A stretch of DNA of 64,000 nucleotides. Source: a virus. This document shows positions 1-9,950 of this stretch, piece by piece (position 1 is the first letter of the stretch; every line of letters begins with the position of its first letter). The position numbers were made by a program, and so were the translations under genes. The stretch spans positions 30,120-94,119 of IMG/VR virus record IMGVR_UViG_3300017960_000001; one strand, given 5' to 3'. Under the pieces are notes generated by a model, which saw nothing but the letters and a program-made list of their open reading frames with translations, searched no databases and had not been told where the DNA came from.

Positions 1-2
1 CG

Positions 3-92
3 TCGGAGGAATTGCGGTTACGGGTCGCCGATGATCTGGGCAGCGGGATCGACTATCTTAAGTGCAGGATCAAGGCAGTGAAGCGAGGATAA
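3..92 (+). CDS. 3' end of an upstream gene (partial)
   Basis: Open frame SEELRLRVADDLGSGIDYLKCRIKAVKRG* ending at TAA 90-92, directly before ATG 94. Confidence 0.55.
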   Translation, partial: SEELRLRVADDLGSGIDYLKCRIKAVKRG

Positions 93-93
93 A

Positions 94-1194
94 ATGCCAA
101 CACGTGTAGAGGGGAACATCGATCTTGCCGTTGCGATTTCCACCGGTCGCGTCACAATGGCGGGGTTGCTAACGGTCGACGTCGGCGGGTTCGGCTACAA
201 CCTCGGCGGTGTCTATAAGGAATTCGTTGGCGCCGCCGGTCAGGCCGTGACGCCGTCCGAGGTCAACTACGTTTACGTCGACGACGCTAACGAGCTGCAA
301 GCCAATACGACCGGCTACCCTGCGGGAGAGCACATCCGGCTCGCTCGAGTGGTGGCTGACGCGAGCGTCATCACCGCGATCGTCGACGACCGCGCGTTCT
401 TGAGTTGCACCGCCGAGGACGGTTCGGCCGACATCTACAAGCTCGACCCGTACCAAGTGACCGACGACTACGCGCCGACCTACGCTCAGCTGATGTCGAA
501 CGGCCCGGTGATCATCGTCGACTCGACGGCGGGCGACGTGACCGTGACGCTCCCCGCGGCGGACACGGCGCCGGCCGATAGCAAGATTCACCGAGCCTGG
601 GTCCACCACCTCGGGGGTGGGAACTTGTGTCAGGTCGAGGTCGCCGGTTCAGAAAACTTCTTCGACGGGCTGGTGGAGCTTCATCTGCCGGTCGGCAAAA
701 CGGCGCAGCTTGGCGTGATGAACATGGGGGACGACGCGCCGGGGTGGCTGAGAATCAGCGACATCGATACGGTGTGCGCGGCGCGCCGTCAGGCGACGTG
801 GGCCGCGGCTAACTTTTCGTCGTGGACCTCGATCCCGTTCGACCAACAGACGGCTGAGGACAACCCGCACGTAATCGAGTGGGCGCCGGGACAACCGACC
901 CGGATCACGGCGAAGCTCACCGCACGATACTGGGTTCAATACGTGTGTTCACTGGACAGCACCGGAGGCGGCGGGGCGTGGTCGATTCTATCCCGAATCC
1001 TGCTCAACGGATCCGACATCCCGCAACCCGGCAAGCTGAGGAGCGGAAACTACTCGAACGAGGACGCTAGCATCTCGCACCCCGGGTTCCCGTTGGACCT
1101 CAACGCCGGCGATTACATCGAGCTTCAGCTAAACCACAACGGGCTCGTCGGCAACATGAACAGCGCGCTTTTGTCGGTGCGGATCGAGGTGTAG
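94..1194 (+). CDS. Virion accessory protein with C-terminal C1q/TNF-like jelly-roll domain
   Basis: C-terminal pattern IPFD...RITAKLTARYWVQY...LDLNAGDYIELQL typical of C1q/BclA-like domains. Confidence 0.6.
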   Translation: MPTRVEGNIDLAVAISTGRVTMAGLLTVDVGGFGYNLGGVYKEFVGAAGQAVTPSEVNYVYVDDANELQANTTGYPAGEHIRLARVVADASVITAIVDDRAFLSCTAEDGSADIYKLDPYQVTDDYAPTYAQLMSNGPVIIVDSTAGDVTVTLPAADTAPADSKIHRAWVHHLGGGNLCQVEVAGSENFFDGLVELHLPVGKTAQLGVMNMGDDAPGWLRISDIDTVCAARRQATWAAANFSSWTSIPFDQQTAEDNPHVIEWAPGQPTRITAKLTARYWVQYVCSLDSTGGGGAWSILSRILLNGSDIPQPGKLRSGNYSNEDASISHPGFPLDLNAGDYIELQLNHNGLVGNMNSALLSVRIEV

Positions 1195-1195
1195 C

Positions 1196-1675
1196 ATGGC
1201 GGAATATCTGAAGGAAAACCTGAGCGGCGAACTGGACCTCGCCAAGTTCGAGCACGACATCGCCGCGGCAGGGTTCGGCGCGACCATGACCGACCATAGC
1301 TACGACCCCGTCGAGCACTGGATCAGGACGTCGTGGTCAGGCGACCTCACCGCCGGAGAGCAGACGCAGCTTGACGGGTTGATCGACGGGGCGATCGACC
1401 TGCCGGTCAAGTTCGAGCGGGACGCCGGTTCGGAATACTTCGAGCTAACGATCCGGCAGGGGCGGCGATGGCATCGGCATCGCCAGCGGGTCCGGTTTCA
1501 CTCGCCGTTCAGCGGTGTGCCGACGGTAGCAATCGGCGCGCATTCCTTCGACGGCGCCGCCGACCTCTCGATCCGGGCAATTACGCCGACGTCGTTCGAT
1601 TTCGTAATCCAAGCCCGCGGCCGCAACGGCGGTTTGTCCGTGGTATCCTTCGATTGGGAGGCAACATATGTCTAA
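1196..1675 (+). CDS. Virion protein with H-type-lectin-like C-terminal domain
   Basis: VRFHSPFSGVPTV...IRAITPTSFDF...FDWEA pattern. Confidence 0.55.
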   Translation: MAEYLKENLSGELDLAKFEHDIAAAGFGATMTDHSYDPVEHWIRTSWSGDLTAGEQTQLDGLIDGAIDLPVKFERDAGSEYFELTIRQGRRWHRHRQRVRFHSPFSGVPTVAIGAHSFDGAADLSIRAITPTSFDFVIQARGRNGGLSVVSFDWEATYV

Positions 1676-2213
1676 GCAACTCAGCGATCTGCCGGCCGAG
1701 GCCGACAGCTGGGAATCGATCCCGACGCACGAATTCACCGACCCGGACACGTGGCAACGCAAGCCGGAGGGGGGCTGGGTCGATCCGCCGAACGACTACG
1801 ATAGCACGTTCGAGCTTGAGCCTCCCGAGGGGAAAGCCTACGCGATCCATTCGGTGCGGATCAGGTACAGCGCGCACGCAAAACTCCACGCCGCGTTGAT
1901 CGTGGAGTATTGGGCCGGCGAGTTGAAGGTGGGCGAGACGGTCTACGCAAGCAAGGCTGACTTCATCGACCGGTGTCCCGATTTCGAGGTGCTCGACGTC
2001 ACCGGCAACGGCGACTACACCTCGCCGATCTGGGCGCACTCCTACGAGTTCCAAGAGCCCCTCGTCCTGTGGTCGACGCCGGGCCCCGGCCGGCTCACCA
2101 AGATGGTGCTTAAGATCGAGGACCACCAACCCTTCAAGCAGGAAGGCGGGGCCGACGCCGAGGCGGTCAAGGTCCGCTACCCGGACATCGCGGTTTATAC
2201 GGAGCCGAGCTAG
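1668..2213 (+). CDS. Hypothetical protein
   Basis: Overlaps both neighbours; GGGAGG SD. Confidence 0.7.
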   Translation: MSKQLSDLPAEADSWESIPTHEFTDPDTWQRKPEGGWVDPPNDYDSTFELEPPEGKAYAIHSVRIRYSAHAKLHAALIVEYWAGELKVGETVYASKADFIDRCPDFEVLDVTGNGDYTSPIWAHSYEFQEPLVLWSTPGPGRLTKMVLKIEDHQPFKQEGGADAEAVKVRYPDIAVYTEPS

Positions 2214-2746
2214 TGATCGACGATCCGAAAGTCCTGATCTGCCTGTCCGCCTCCGATGCGTGGTACGGGCGGATCATCCGGTGGGCCTCGCGGTCGAGGG
2301 TCAATCACACCTTCTTGCTCTACCGGTCCGACGTGTGGGGTTGGTTCGCTGTCGAGATCAACGAGAACGGCGTGCAATTGATCCCGCCCTCCCGGCTGAC
2401 CCGGGTCGATTACCTCGAGTGTTGGAGGTGCGACGAGGACCTCCTCCACGGGCTCGCTGGCATGCGCCGATGGATTGGGGCGGGCTACGATTGGCGGGGA
2501 CTCTTGAGCGGTCTGGTGCGTCTGGTGGTGCGTCGACTGTTCGGCATGTCGATCGACGGCGCGTCACACTCTGCCAAGCGGCTGTTCTGCTCTGAGGCAG
2601 CTGCGGTGGTCCTCCGTAACGCCGCGGCGCCGGGGTCCGATAGCATCGACCCGCCGAACACTTCACCCGGCGACCTACGCCGGCTGTTCCGGGCGCACCC
2701 GGCCTACCACAAGGTCAGCTGCCCGGTCACCCGATACGGGGGCTGA
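2213..2746 (+). CDS. Permuted papain-like (YiiX/YaeF, NlpC/P60) enzyme
   Basis: N-terminal His (SRVNHTFL), YD motif (GAGYDW), C-terminal Cys (LFCSEAAA). Confidence 0.75.
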   Translation: MIDDPKVLICLSASDAWYGRIIRWASRSRVNHTFLLYRSDVWGWFAVEINENGVQLIPPSRLTRVDYLECWRCDEDLLHGLAGMRRWIGAGYDWRGLLSGLVRLVVRRLFGMSIDGASHSAKRLFCSEAAAVVLRNAAAPGSDSIDPPNTSPGDLRRLFRAHPAYHKVSCPVTRYGG

Positions 2747-2749
2747 GTC

Positions 2750-3352
2750 GTGAGCCTGAGCGTCGCATACGGGGCCGGGGTCGTCGACCAATTCCCGGCC
2801 TACGAAACCGACGGATACACCAAGCGGTCGGGGCTGACAGTCGGTGGCGGCGACCTCTCCGTGACGGTGTGGCACGACGGCGTCGAGCAATCCGGGTACC
2901 CGGTGACGATCACCGAGGACGGGACGTCAGGCGAGTACGCGGTGACCTACACCCCGAGCGACGTGGGGCTTTGGTTGGTCGAGGTTCTGATCGATTTCAG
3001 CAAGGACGTGTGGGCCGGTGAGCACGTCGTCCGCCGGACCTTCACCAAGGTCGACGCCTCGCTCTCTGACAACGCCACGAACTGTCGGTTCGCGGTCTGG
3101 TTCGAGGACGAGGGCCAACCGCGGACCGACCTCGATCAGGTGGCGGCGAAAGTCTACGAACCGGACGGCACCGAGAAGAAGGACCTCGGGATCAAGCTCG
3201 CCGCGGCGATGTCGCCGCAGGGTGTGTTCGAGTTCGTCGAGCCTAGCGGGGACTTCGATCCACACGTGCCCTATATGCTCGAGGTGGTGGCGACCAAGGG
3301 ATCTTTCACGTGGACCTCGCAAACCGGATTCGTGAAGGTGCCCGATGCTTAA
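2750..3352 (+). CDS. Hypothetical beta-rich virion protein
   Basis: Structural context; Ig-like pattern GEYAVTYTPSDVGLW. Confidence 0.65.
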   Translation: MSLSVAYGAGVVDQFPAYETDGYTKRSGLTVGGGDLSVTVWHDGVEQSGYPVTITEDGTSGEYAVTYTPSDVGLWLVEVLIDFSKDVWAGEHVVRRTFTKVDASLSDNATNCRFAVWFEDEGQPRTDLDQVAAKVYEPDGTEKKDLGIKLAAAMSPQGVFEFVEPSGDFDPHVPYMLEVVATKGSFTWTSQTGFVKVPDA

Positions 3353-3827
3353 CGCCCGCCGGCTCAGAGTGATCGGTGGCGGGCTGGCGAACCGGGTCCG
3401 GGCGGTCACGTTCTGGCGTGTGCCGCTCGGCTTCGGCGCGCAACTGGAAGGACTGCCCCCGGTGATGACCCGGGTCCGCGACTTGATCCCGGCGGTACGG
3501 CATGCAATCGAGCCGAGGCCGCGGGTTCAGAGGTTGCGGGCGGACCTCGCGGCGGCGATGAGAGCTGCGTCCTGTCCTGCGCCGCAGCTGGCCTCTGCTT
3601 CTGCCCGGCTACGCCCGGCGGTGGTGTCGGTCGGATCGGCGGTGGTCCGTATGCAGTCCGCGTCGGCGCCCGCTGAACCCGAGCCCACGTCCGCGAAGCA
3701 GCTGCGCCCCAAAGCTTCGAGCGCAGCTGTGGTAGGATCGGTCGAGATGCAGAGCGGCAAGGCGCCGCGACCGAAGGCGCCGCGGCGGCCGGTGCCCCTG
3801 CGGCCCCGCATGACAAAGGTGAGGTGA
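3345..3827 (+). CDS. Basic low-complexity hypothetical protein
   Basis: Fills the gap between coupled genes; Arg/Pro/Ala rich. Confidence 0.5.
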   Translation: MLNARRLRVIGGGLANRVRAVTFWRVPLGFGAQLEGLPPVMTRVRDLIPAVRHAIEPRPRVQRLRADLAAAMRAASCPAPQLASASARLRPAVVSVGSAVVRMQSASAPAEPEPTSAKQLRPKASSAAVVGSVEMQSGKAPRPKAPRRPVPLRPRMTKVR

Positions 3828-3831
3828 CCCG

Positions 3832-5127
3832 ATGGCGACCGTAATCAAGCTCCGGTGGGAAGTCCCAGAGCTAGAAAACATGCTGACTCTCTACAACACG
3901 CAGAAGGTGTACCGGTCCACCACCGGGCCCGGCGGGGCGTGGACGGAGATCACGACGCCGGCGACGCGGATCCCTCTCGTCGAGGGGCAGGAGAGCTACC
4001 TATACGACGACACCGCGGGCGACCTGACCTATTGGTACTGCGTTGCGTTGTTCAACACCGACACCCTCGCCGAAGGGGAGAAGGCAGAGCCGATCCAAGG
4101 CGAGGCGGTGGTGACCCCGCTCAGGCTGGCGTGGGAGGTCGAGAACCTCACCACGATCTACGACGCCGGGTACACCGAACAACGCATCGAGCGCAGCACC
4201 GACAACGGCACAAGCTGGACGGAGATCAGCCGGTCGACCACGCGGATCCCGTTGGTGACCGAGGTCGAGCGGTACGTGTACGCTGACCCCCGCGGACATC
4301 GCTCGTACCTGTACCGGGTCCAGTTCTACGACGCCGACGGGAACGACAACGGCTCGCCGCAGACCATCGCAGAGATCGACCTCGACGGCTACTGCTCTCT
4401 CGGTGAGATCCGGGCCGAGGGGTTGACGCCGGACGACGCGGACAGCGACGCAGTCGAGCGCGCGATCACCGCGGCGAACGCCTATATCGATCGGTACACT
4501 CGCAGGTACTTCACGCCGCGGTTCGCTCGGAAACGGTTCGACGGTGTCGGCCGGGGCGACATGCTGCTCCTCGGCGACGTGCCCCTCATCGCTCTGATCG
4601 GAGTGTACGTCGACGGAACCGAGGTCCCGCGGACTTCGCTGGTGGTCTACAACCGCCACCTTCGCGCCGAGCAGATCGACGACCGGGCGTCACCGAAGAT
4701 CATGATTTCGGACGACATCCTCTATGACGACGAAGGAGAGCGGCGGGTCACGTGGAGCTACTTCGAAAAGGGGACACAGAATATCGAGGTGGTGGGGATC
4801 TGGGGCTACACCGAGCTACCGCCGGGCGCCGTCGCCGGCGACACCGACACCGACTCGCAGACCCCGATCGAGTACGGTGAGACGCCGGACCTGATCCGGT
4901 GGGCCGCTCGCAAGTTGGTGGTCGACCGTGCGGCCGGCATGGCGTCCGCCGAGGCAGAGGAGGCGGTGGCGTCGTCCCGGTTGAAACGGCTCAAGACCAG
5001 GGACCAAGAGGTCGAGTATTTCGAGTCGGGATCGGCCACCGCGGCGGGCGGGTCGTTCGCTATCGATCCCGCTGTCCATGAGGTACTCGAAGGGTTCCGG
5101 CTGACGTTCGGAGTGGAGGCGATCTAA
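3832..5127 (+). CDS. Head-tail adaptor with two N-terminal FN3-like repeats
   Basis: YCSLGEIR...AITAANAYIDRYTRRYF and IEVVGIWGY motifs of gp6/gp15-like adaptors; duplicated N-terminal domain. Confidence 0.7.
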   Translation: MATVIKLRWEVPELENMLTLYNTQKVYRSTTGPGGAWTEITTPATRIPLVEGQESYLYDDTAGDLTYWYCVALFNTDTLAEGEKAEPIQGEAVVTPLRLAWEVENLTTIYDAGYTEQRIERSTDNGTSWTEISRSTTRIPLVTEVERYVYADPRGHRSYLYRVQFYDADGNDNGSPQTIAEIDLDGYCSLGEIRAEGLTPDDADSDAVERAITAANAYIDRYTRRYFTPRFARKRFDGVGRGDMLLLGDVPLIALIGVYVDGTEVPRTSLVVYNRHLRAEQIDDRASPKIMISDDILYDDEGERRVTWSYFEKGTQNIEVVGIWGYTELPPGAVAGDTDTDSQTPIEYGETPDLIRWAARKLVVDRAAGMASAEAEEAVASSRLKRLKTRDQEVEYFESGSATAAGGSFAIDPAVHEVLEGFRLTFGVEAI

Positions 5128-5927
5128 TGGTGGCATCCTGGCTGATCGAGCGGTTCACGGTCGAGATCCGGCGCCTCGCGTCGTCCCTCTCCGCGGCGGC
5201 GTCGGTCGCGTCGGACGCCACCGCACCCTTCGACTTCTCCGGGGGCGACGTCGACCTCGAGCTTGAGGTGGACGGCGGGGCTCAGACTGTCACGATCGCG
5301 GTCGCCGGCATGGCCGCCCCGTCGAACGCCACCGCCGACGAGGTTGCAGCTGCGATCATCGCCGGGGGGCTGACCGGGGGCACCGCCTACGTCACCGAGT
5401 CCGGGGCGGTGATCGTTAGCACCAACACGGTGGAGGGGGGCAGCATAGAGATCACCGGCGGGGCGGCGAACGCGATCCTAGACTTCCCTGAGACGCTCGC
5501 AGAGGACCCCTACGACGACGTTTTCGGAGGGTTGCGGCGGGTACCCGGCAACACGCAGGAAGGGCAAAGCGCGAGGCGTGAGCACCCGCTGGTGACCCTC
5601 CCCTGCCAGGTTGACCGGGGGAACTGGGGCCAGATCAGTTTGAACGCCGCCGGCGGGCAGACTGTCGTCGAGCTTGTGCTGACGTTGGACCGGCGCAACG
5701 TGGTCGCCGCGGGGCTGGTCAGGGGGGACGGAACGCCGATGCTGAAACGCGGCGATCGGATCGTTCGGATCCGCAACCGCGAGGGCGAAATCGAGGAGGA
5801 GTTCTCGGTCGACGATCCGGTGTTCGTCGAACGGGTCGAGCGGTCGGGCCACGGGCTCAGCCTCCGGCGGCCGAGGTTCAACCTGTTCTACCTGCACTGC
5901 GCCCGACCGGACAAGGGGCCGGCGTGA
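5127..5927 (+). CDS. Head-closure/head-tail joining protein with inserted domain
   Basis: Position after the adaptor; LPCQV...KRGDRI pattern. Confidence 0.55.
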   Translation: MVASWLIERFTVEIRRLASSLSAAASVASDATAPFDFSGGDVDLELEVDGGAQTVTIAVAGMAAPSNATADEVAAAIIAGGLTGGTAYVTESGAVIVSTNTVEGGSIEITGGAANAILDFPETLAEDPYDDVFGGLRRVPGNTQEGQSARREHPLVTLPCQVDRGNWGQISLNAAGGQTVVELVLTLDRRNVVAAGLVRGDGTPMLKRGDRIVRIRNREGEIEEEFSVDDPVFVERVERSGHGLSLRRPRFNLFYLHCARPDKGPA

Positions 5928-6568
5928 CGCAGATCATGATCAGGCCGCGCGGTCTACTGGCCGGCGCGATGGCTCTCCAACGATGGAAGCTGAAGGTAAA
6001 GAACGGCGTCCGGCGGGCGGTCGAACGTGAAGCCAATTTGTGCAGACGAACCATGGTTGAGGGGTTGAAGATGCAAGCCCCGGGCGGGAACCAGATCCGC
6101 CCGTTGTCCGCTATGACGATGCAGCTGCGCCGGCTCGGCAAGGGGGGCGACTCCGGCAAGCGGCGCGGGCGGTTGGGGACCGGATCCTCCAAGGCCCTGA
6201 TCGATTCCGGGGACCTGCTCGCTTCGATCAACGTACAGGACGCAGGTCAGGACGGCATGGCGTACACCGTCGGAGTCCACCGCGGCACGCGGGGCAACCG
6301 CGGCGGAAAGGACATGGTCGACCTCGCTCGGGTCCATGAGTACGGGACCGGAAAGTACACCGTCCGCGTCACTCGAAAAATGCACAAGTTCTCGAAATTC
6401 TTGGTGCACATGGGGATCCTCAGAGTGCCGTGGCGCGAGGGGCAGATCCTGCGCCGCGAGGTCCCGGCGCGTCCGTTCCTGCGACCGGGCTATGAGTTGT
6501 GGCGCGAGGAGGCGGACGAACGCTTCGACCGAGAGATCCAGCGGGTGCTATCGACGGGAGGCTTCTAG
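5924..6568 (+). CDS. Neck/tail-completion protein (HK97 gp10/Mu gpG-like)
   Basis: LIDSGDLLASI, ARVHEYGT and VPARPFLRP motifs. Confidence 0.8.
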   Translation: MTQIMIRPRGLLAGAMALQRWKLKVKNGVRRAVEREANLCRRTMVEGLKMQAPGGNQIRPLSAMTMQLRRLGKGGDSGKRRGRLGTGSSKALIDSGDLLASINVQDAGQDGMAYTVGVHRGTRGNRGGKDMVDLARVHEYGTGKYTVRVTRKMHKFSKFLVHMGILRVPWREGQILRREVPARPFLRPGYELWREEADERFDREIQRVLSTGGF

Positions 6569-6569
6569 C

Positions 6570-7568
6570 ATGGCGACACCGACAGTGAGCAGCGCCACGC
6601 CGGACGGCGGGCTGACCCGCGGCGGCGAAGTGATTGAGATCGCGGGCACGAACTTCCGCACGGTGCCGACCCCGCCGGACGGATACCTCGGCGGCGAGGA
6701 GCAGCAAACGGTGGCGGTCTACTTCGGGGACGACCGGGCGCCGTTCGCCGCCACCGTCACCGACTCTCTGATCCACGCGAAAGCTCCGACCTACACCGGC
6801 GACTACCAGACTAAGCAGACGGTGGACGGCGAGCAGAAAGTGGTCGACGCGCTCCCGGCCGCGGTCGATCTGCGGGTGGTGAACCTCGACGACAACGGCG
6901 ATCCGATCGTGGGCGAGGAGGCGACGCTCGCCGGCGGGTACGAGTTCCGCCGGGTGGATCTCCAACAGACGGGCCAAGCCGAGCAGGTAATCCGCGAGTT
7001 TATCGAGATGCTCCGGCGCCATATCCACCGAAATACTTGGTGGACCATGCACCGGGATTATGACTCGACCCCGGAGGACTTGCTCGAATACCTGCAAGCG
7101 AAGGGGCTGCCGTTGGTGCGGTTGCAGGGGCCGACGTGGGAGGAGGACCGCGACCGGTGGATCCAAGAGGCCACCCCGGAGGACCACCCCACCGAGGCTG
7201 ACCAGTACATCCGAAACCAGCGCGAGCGGTGCGTGATTTTCGAGTTCGTGCTGGACGTGTGGTCGAACGCCGAACACCCGGCCGAGCTACTGAACCTCTC
7301 GACGGCGGTTGTGCAGATGTTCCACGATCTGCCGTGGGTCACGCTCGAGGTGAACGGAGAGCCCTGGCAATGGGAGCTTGATATGCCCCCCGACGGACAC
7401 CCCGTTTTCGACATCGGGCCGAACCTCGACGGGCTCACGAACTTCAGGTGCACGGCGATGATCAAGGGGATCGACATCTCCGGCGCGGAGCTTGCTATCA
7501 TCGAGCGCGGGTGGACGGTGTCCGATCCTGATTCACCAAAGGTCGAGGACGAGGGGCTATCGCTATAG
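6570..7568 (+). CDS. Putative tail terminator with N-terminal IPT/TIG domain
   Basis: Start reassigned to ATG 6570 (GGGAGG SD); PTVSSATPDGGLTRGGEVIEIAGTNF is a TIG signature; lies just before the sheath. Confidence 0.65.
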   Translation: MATPTVSSATPDGGLTRGGEVIEIAGTNFRTVPTPPDGYLGGEEQQTVAVYFGDDRAPFAATVTDSLIHAKAPTYTGDYQTKQTVDGEQKVVDALPAAVDLRVVNLDDNGDPIVGEEATLAGGYEFRRVDLQQTGQAEQVIREFIEMLRRHIHRNTWWTMHRDYDSTPEDLLEYLQAKGLPLVRLQGPTWEEDRDRWIQEATPEDHPTEADQYIRNQRERCVIFEFVLDVWSNAEHPAELLNLSTAVVQMFHDLPWVTLEVNGEPWQWELDMPPDGHPVFDIGPNLDGLTNFRCTAMIKGIDISGAELAIIERGWTVSDPDSPKVEDEGLSL

Positions 7569-7579
7569 AGATCAAAGAC

Positions 7580-7609
7580 TAGACGCGGGGGCTTGGTTCC
7601 TGCTAGGGT
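7580..7609 (+). promoter_or_regulatory. Possible sigma70-like promoter for the tail operon
   Basis: TAGACG-18 bp-(TGc)TAGGGT in the intergenic gap before the sheath gene. Confidence 0.35.
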
Positions 7610-7647
7610 CGAAGAAAGCGGCCCCCTGACGGGCAACGGAGGAGAGC

Positions 7648-9927
7648 ATGGCAACCGGACGATCAAGAGTCACTTCGAAATTCCGGCAGGGTACGCGCAA
7701 CGTTACCGGCCTGCCGACGAGTCAAGGCGGGGTGGTGGCGATTACCGAGCGGGGCCCGGTCGGGCAGCGGACCGCGGTCACCTCGGCGGAATCTTTCAAA
7801 CGGACATTCGGCGGCATCACCGAGGAGGGCACGCTGGCCCACCTCATGGAGGCGTTCTACGCCCTCGCACCCGGCGCCGAGCTTTACGTGACGCGGACCT
7901 GTCACTACACCGACATCACCGACCCGAACAGCTTCACCGCGGTCGCGGCGACGCTCATGCTCGACACCGCAGGGGCGTTCGCGTCTGCCGCGTCGGTCGA
8001 CGGTACGATCGCCGGGCCATGGAACCTGCTTCCCGCGGCGCCGGACATGGACATCACGACCAACCTCGGCGGTCCGAACAGCGCGCAGATTACCTACGCC
8101 CCGGCCGCGTTCTCGAGCTTCGTCGTGTTCCCGATCGCCCCACTAGCCGGTGGCGAGAACATGACGATCGACACCGGCGACGGCAACGGGCCGCAGACGA
8201 TCACCGCGGCCGGCGGCGAGGTGTCGTTGCTGGACATGATAAACCTGATCAACGGACAGCTGCTCGGCGGTGCCGCGAAGGACGTTGGCGGGCAGCTGAC
8301 CGTCGAAACCGATCAGCACGGTTCCGGCGCCACGCTGACCTTCGCCGCGGGGGCCCCCGACCTCGCCGTGCTGCTGGGGTTGGCACCGGCGGTGCACAGC
8401 GGAACGGGCAACGTCGTCGACGCATCGGCCGCCACCCCGGCCGAGTTGGAGACGATCATCGAGGCCGCTGACGGCAACGTCGCTGTGACCGTGAACGGGG
8501 ACGACACGATCACGATCGCCACCGTGGCAACCGGCGCCACCGCGACCTTGCAGATCGGCGCCGGGTCGCCGGATCTGTCAACCATCCTCGGGATCGACAA
8601 CGTGCTGCACTCCGGCTCGGACGCCGCGGCGCAGAACACCCTCAAGGTCGACGGCAAAACCCCCGGCACCTATGCGCACGATTTGGAGATCCTGATCGCC
8701 ACCGCGAGCAACGGCAACGCCGATTACTTCGACCTGTCGGTGATGAAGGACAGCGTCGCGCAGGAGGTGTTCAAGAACGTCACGATGGACACCTCGGCTT
8801 TGCGCTACGTCGAGACGGTGATCAACGCGGCCGGGATCGGGTCGGACCTGATCGCGGTCACCGATCAGGGAGTCGGTGCGCCATGGTCGGACGCCAAGCC
8901 CGCGAGCGGGACGACCGGTCCTCTCGCCGGAGGCGACGACGGCCTCACCTCGCTGGACGATAACGACTTCATCGGAAGCTCGGCCGGCGCAACGGGGCTC
9001 TACTCGTTCGACACCCTCGAAACCCTCAGGCTGTACGCGATCCCGTACCGGGCGAGCACGGCGGTCCACGCGGCGATCAACACCTACACCGAGTCGAGGG
9101 GGAATGACTGCTACGGGTTGCACCCGACGCCGGACTCTCCGAACGACTCCGTAAACACCGCCGACCTCATGGTCACGTGGGCGCAGTCGAACACGTTCGG
9201 GCTCACCGAGTTCGCGGCGCCGCCGTGCTGGCCGTGGCCGGCGATCGCCAACCCGGACGCCGCGATCTACACCCCCTCGAATCAGTACGTCGACGCCGAC
9301 GACGACAGCTTGCTGTACGTCGAGCCGAGCATGTTGAAGATGGCGAGGTTCATCGGCAACGACCGCCAACACCCCGACGGCCTATACACCTCGGCGGCGG
9401 GCCTGGACAACGACCAGGGGATCCTGCCGATGGTCGTGGGGTTGCAGTTCTTCGACGAGGTCATGGACGCCGGCAAGCGCGACCGGCTGGCAGACGTGAA
9501 CGTCGAGCCGATCGTGAAGTTCGAGGGGACCCCGTACCATTTCGACGGCGGCGACAACTGCAAGACCACCGGCGACTGGCCGCGGCAGTGGCATACCCGC
9601 GCATCGATTCACATCGTCGAATCGATCAAGGCTGCGTGGATCGTTTACAAGCACGTGAAGAACACCACGACGATGCGACGCGAGGCTGCTCGCAACGCGG
9701 AGAAGTGGGTCAACGCAGAGGTTCCCGAGGACGCCTGGGAGACGAACGACGACGGGGCGATCGCGTACCTCGAAGAGGACGCGCCGCTGTTCTACGTCGA
9801 CACGTCCGACGAGCTGAACCCGTCCGAGGTTCGGGCGCTCGGGGAGTTCCGAGCGCGGATCGGGCTCGGGTGGGCCTACGACGCGAAGTTCATCGAGATC
9901 GAAGTCTCGCGCCCGGCGCTGCCGTAG
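7648..9927 (+). CDS. Contractile tail sheath protein
   Basis: ITERGPVG N-terminal motif, GKTPGTY, LAGGDDG, C-terminal RIGLG..AKFIEIEV; followed by the tube gene. Confidence 0.9.
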   Translation: MATGRSRVTSKFRQGTRNVTGLPTSQGGVVAITERGPVGQRTAVTSAESFKRTFGGITEEGTLAHLMEAFYALAPGAELYVTRTCHYTDITDPNSFTAVAATLMLDTAGAFASAASVDGTIAGPWNLLPAAPDMDITTNLGGPNSAQITYAPAAFSSFVVFPIAPLAGGENMTIDTGDGNGPQTITAAGGEVSLLDMINLINGQLLGGAAKDVGGQLTVETDQHGSGATLTFAAGAPDLAVLLGLAPAVHSGTGNVVDASAATPAELETIIEAADGNVAVTVNGDDTITIATVATGATATLQIGAGSPDLSTILGIDNVLHSGSDAAAQNTLKVDGKTPGTYAHDLEILIATASNGNADYFDLSVMKDSVAQEVFKNVTMDTSALRYVETVINAAGIGSDLIAVTDQGVGAPWSDAKPASGTTGPLAGGDDGLTSLDDNDFIGSSAGATGLYSFDTLETLRLYAIPYRASTAVHAAINTYTESRGNDCYGLHPTPDSPNDSVNTADLMVTWAQSNTFGLTEFAAPPCWPWPAIANPDAAIYTPSNQYVDADDDSLLYVEPSMLKMARFIGNDRQHPDGLYTSAAGLDNDQGILPMVVGLQFFDEVMDAGKRDRLADVNVEPIVKFEGTPYHFDGGDNCKTTGDWPRQWHTRASIHIVESIKAAWIVYKHVKNTTTMRREAARNAEKWVNAEVPEDAWETNDDGAIAYLEEDAPLFYVDTSDELNPSEVRALGEFRARIGLGWAYDAKFIEIEVSRPALP

Positions 9928-9950
9928 CGTAAAAGAGGAGGCAACCAACC

